NCBI GenBank assembly: GCA_041288095.1
Contig: JBGGMJ010000083.1
Coordinates: 1-36,559 of the forward strand
DNA length: 36,559 bases
Direction: 5' to 3'
Origin: Myxococcota bacterium
GTDB lineage: Bacteria; Myxococcota; XYA12-FULL-58-9; JALHOP01
Shown here: positions 35,899 through 36,559 of the stretch, one piece after another
Position numbering within the stretch: position 1 is the stretch's first letter
How the letters are laid out: every line of letters starts with the position of its first letter
The notes under the pieces: model-generated
Told to the model about the DNA's origin: nothing
The model's input: only the letters and a program-made list of their open reading frames with translations
Database searches by the model: none
Position numbers and translations under genes: made by a program

Positions 35899-36559
35899 CT
35901 AGCCGACCGCGACCCCGAATAAGTGACCAACGCCCGCGCTGATGCCCATGGCGATGACACCGCCGATGGTGACGCGCAAGGCCGCGCGCAGGCGCAGGGC
36001 GCCGCCGAGATGAGCACCGAGCGCACCCAAGCTCGCCAGGGCCGCTAGAGAGATGGCGCCGATGGTCGGGATGCGCAGGGTCGCCGGAGCGATGAGCAAG
36101 GCGAGCACCGGGACCGCCGCGAACACCGCGAAGCTCGCGGCCGAGATCCACGCTGCTTGCAGCGGCCGCGCCAGCGTCTGCCGATCGATGTTGAGCTCGT
36201 CTCGCAGGTGCGCTTCGAGGCGATTGCCTTGGCTCAGCTGCTGAGCGACCTGCCTGGCCAGATCCGCGTCGAGCCCGCGGGCCACATAGATCGCGACCAG
36301 CTCCTCGAGCTCGGCCTGCGGCTGTTCGGCGAGCTCACGCGTCTCCTTGGCGATGTCGGCTCGCTCCGCGTCACGTTGCGAGCTCACGGAAACATACTCA
36401 CCCACGGCCATCGACATAGCGCCCGCGACCAAGGCGGAAACACCCGCAACGACAATCGTGGCACGCTCAGCAGCCGACGCCGCGACGCCAATCATCAGGC
36501 TCGATGTCGAGACAATCGCGTCGTTGGAGCCGAGCACAGCGGCACGCAACCAGCTCGAG
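35899..36559 (-). CDS. VIT1/CCC1-family Fe/Mn transporter (5' part lies outside the window)
   Basis: WLRAAVLGSNDAIVS, GAMSMAVGEYVSVSSQRD, ELEEL, HLRDEL, PLQAA. Confidence 0.93.
   Translation of the reverse strand, partial: SSWLRAAVLGSNDAIVSTSSLMIGVAASAAERATIVVAGVSALVAGAMSMAVGEYVSVSSQRDAERADIAKETRELAEQPQAELEELVAIYVARGLDADLARQVAQQLSQGNRLEAHLRDELNIDRQTLARPLQAAWISAASFAVFAAVPVLALLIAPATLRIPTIGAISLAALASLGALGAHLGGALRLRAALRVTIGGVIAMGISAGVGHLFGVAVG

Noticed and set aside
1..36559. CRISPR arrays, IS elements, integrases, rRNA, long tandem repeats, anti-phage systems
   Set aside because: None seen by eye. The window is almost fully coding and gaps are under about 200 bp. Short dispersed repeats or small RNAs could have been missed without computation.

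Overview
High-GC bacterial window; gene content suggests a Myxococcota-like deltaproteobacterium (inference only). 1-8.9 kb is a coupled menaquinone operon: menF-menD-menB-menA-menC-menE, a polyprenyl synthase and menG. A hot-dog thioesterase (probable DHNA-CoA thioesterase) lies on the opposite strand entirely inside the menE reading frame. pdxH, three secreted proteins, an ORFan and a cyclophilin follow. At 13.2-21.5 kb is a triterpenoid/sterol-type cluster: an MmpL transporter, a squalene epoxidase, and a divergent operon of squalene synthase, oxidosqualene cyclase (OSC), a nitronate monooxygenase-like gene and a thioesterase. The OSC keeps the catalytic DCTAE motif but has unusual active-site residues (GVFN->GVTN; GYNGSQ->SYYSSE), so it may not make ordinary lanosterol or cycloartenol. 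This is the most promising novelty in the window. Next come purU, fahA and an RpoE/ChrR-type sigma/anti-sigma pair that is split and convergent around a GT-C-like membrane protein. The rest is a membrane protein, YceI, an HpnA-like SDR, a tetraheme cytochrome c lipoprotein, glgX, tRNA-Arg(ACG) and small accessory genes (LMW-PTP-like, VOC, heme-binding, VIT1). No CRISPR array, integrase or IS element was seen. All family calls come from motif recognition by eye, not from database searches.
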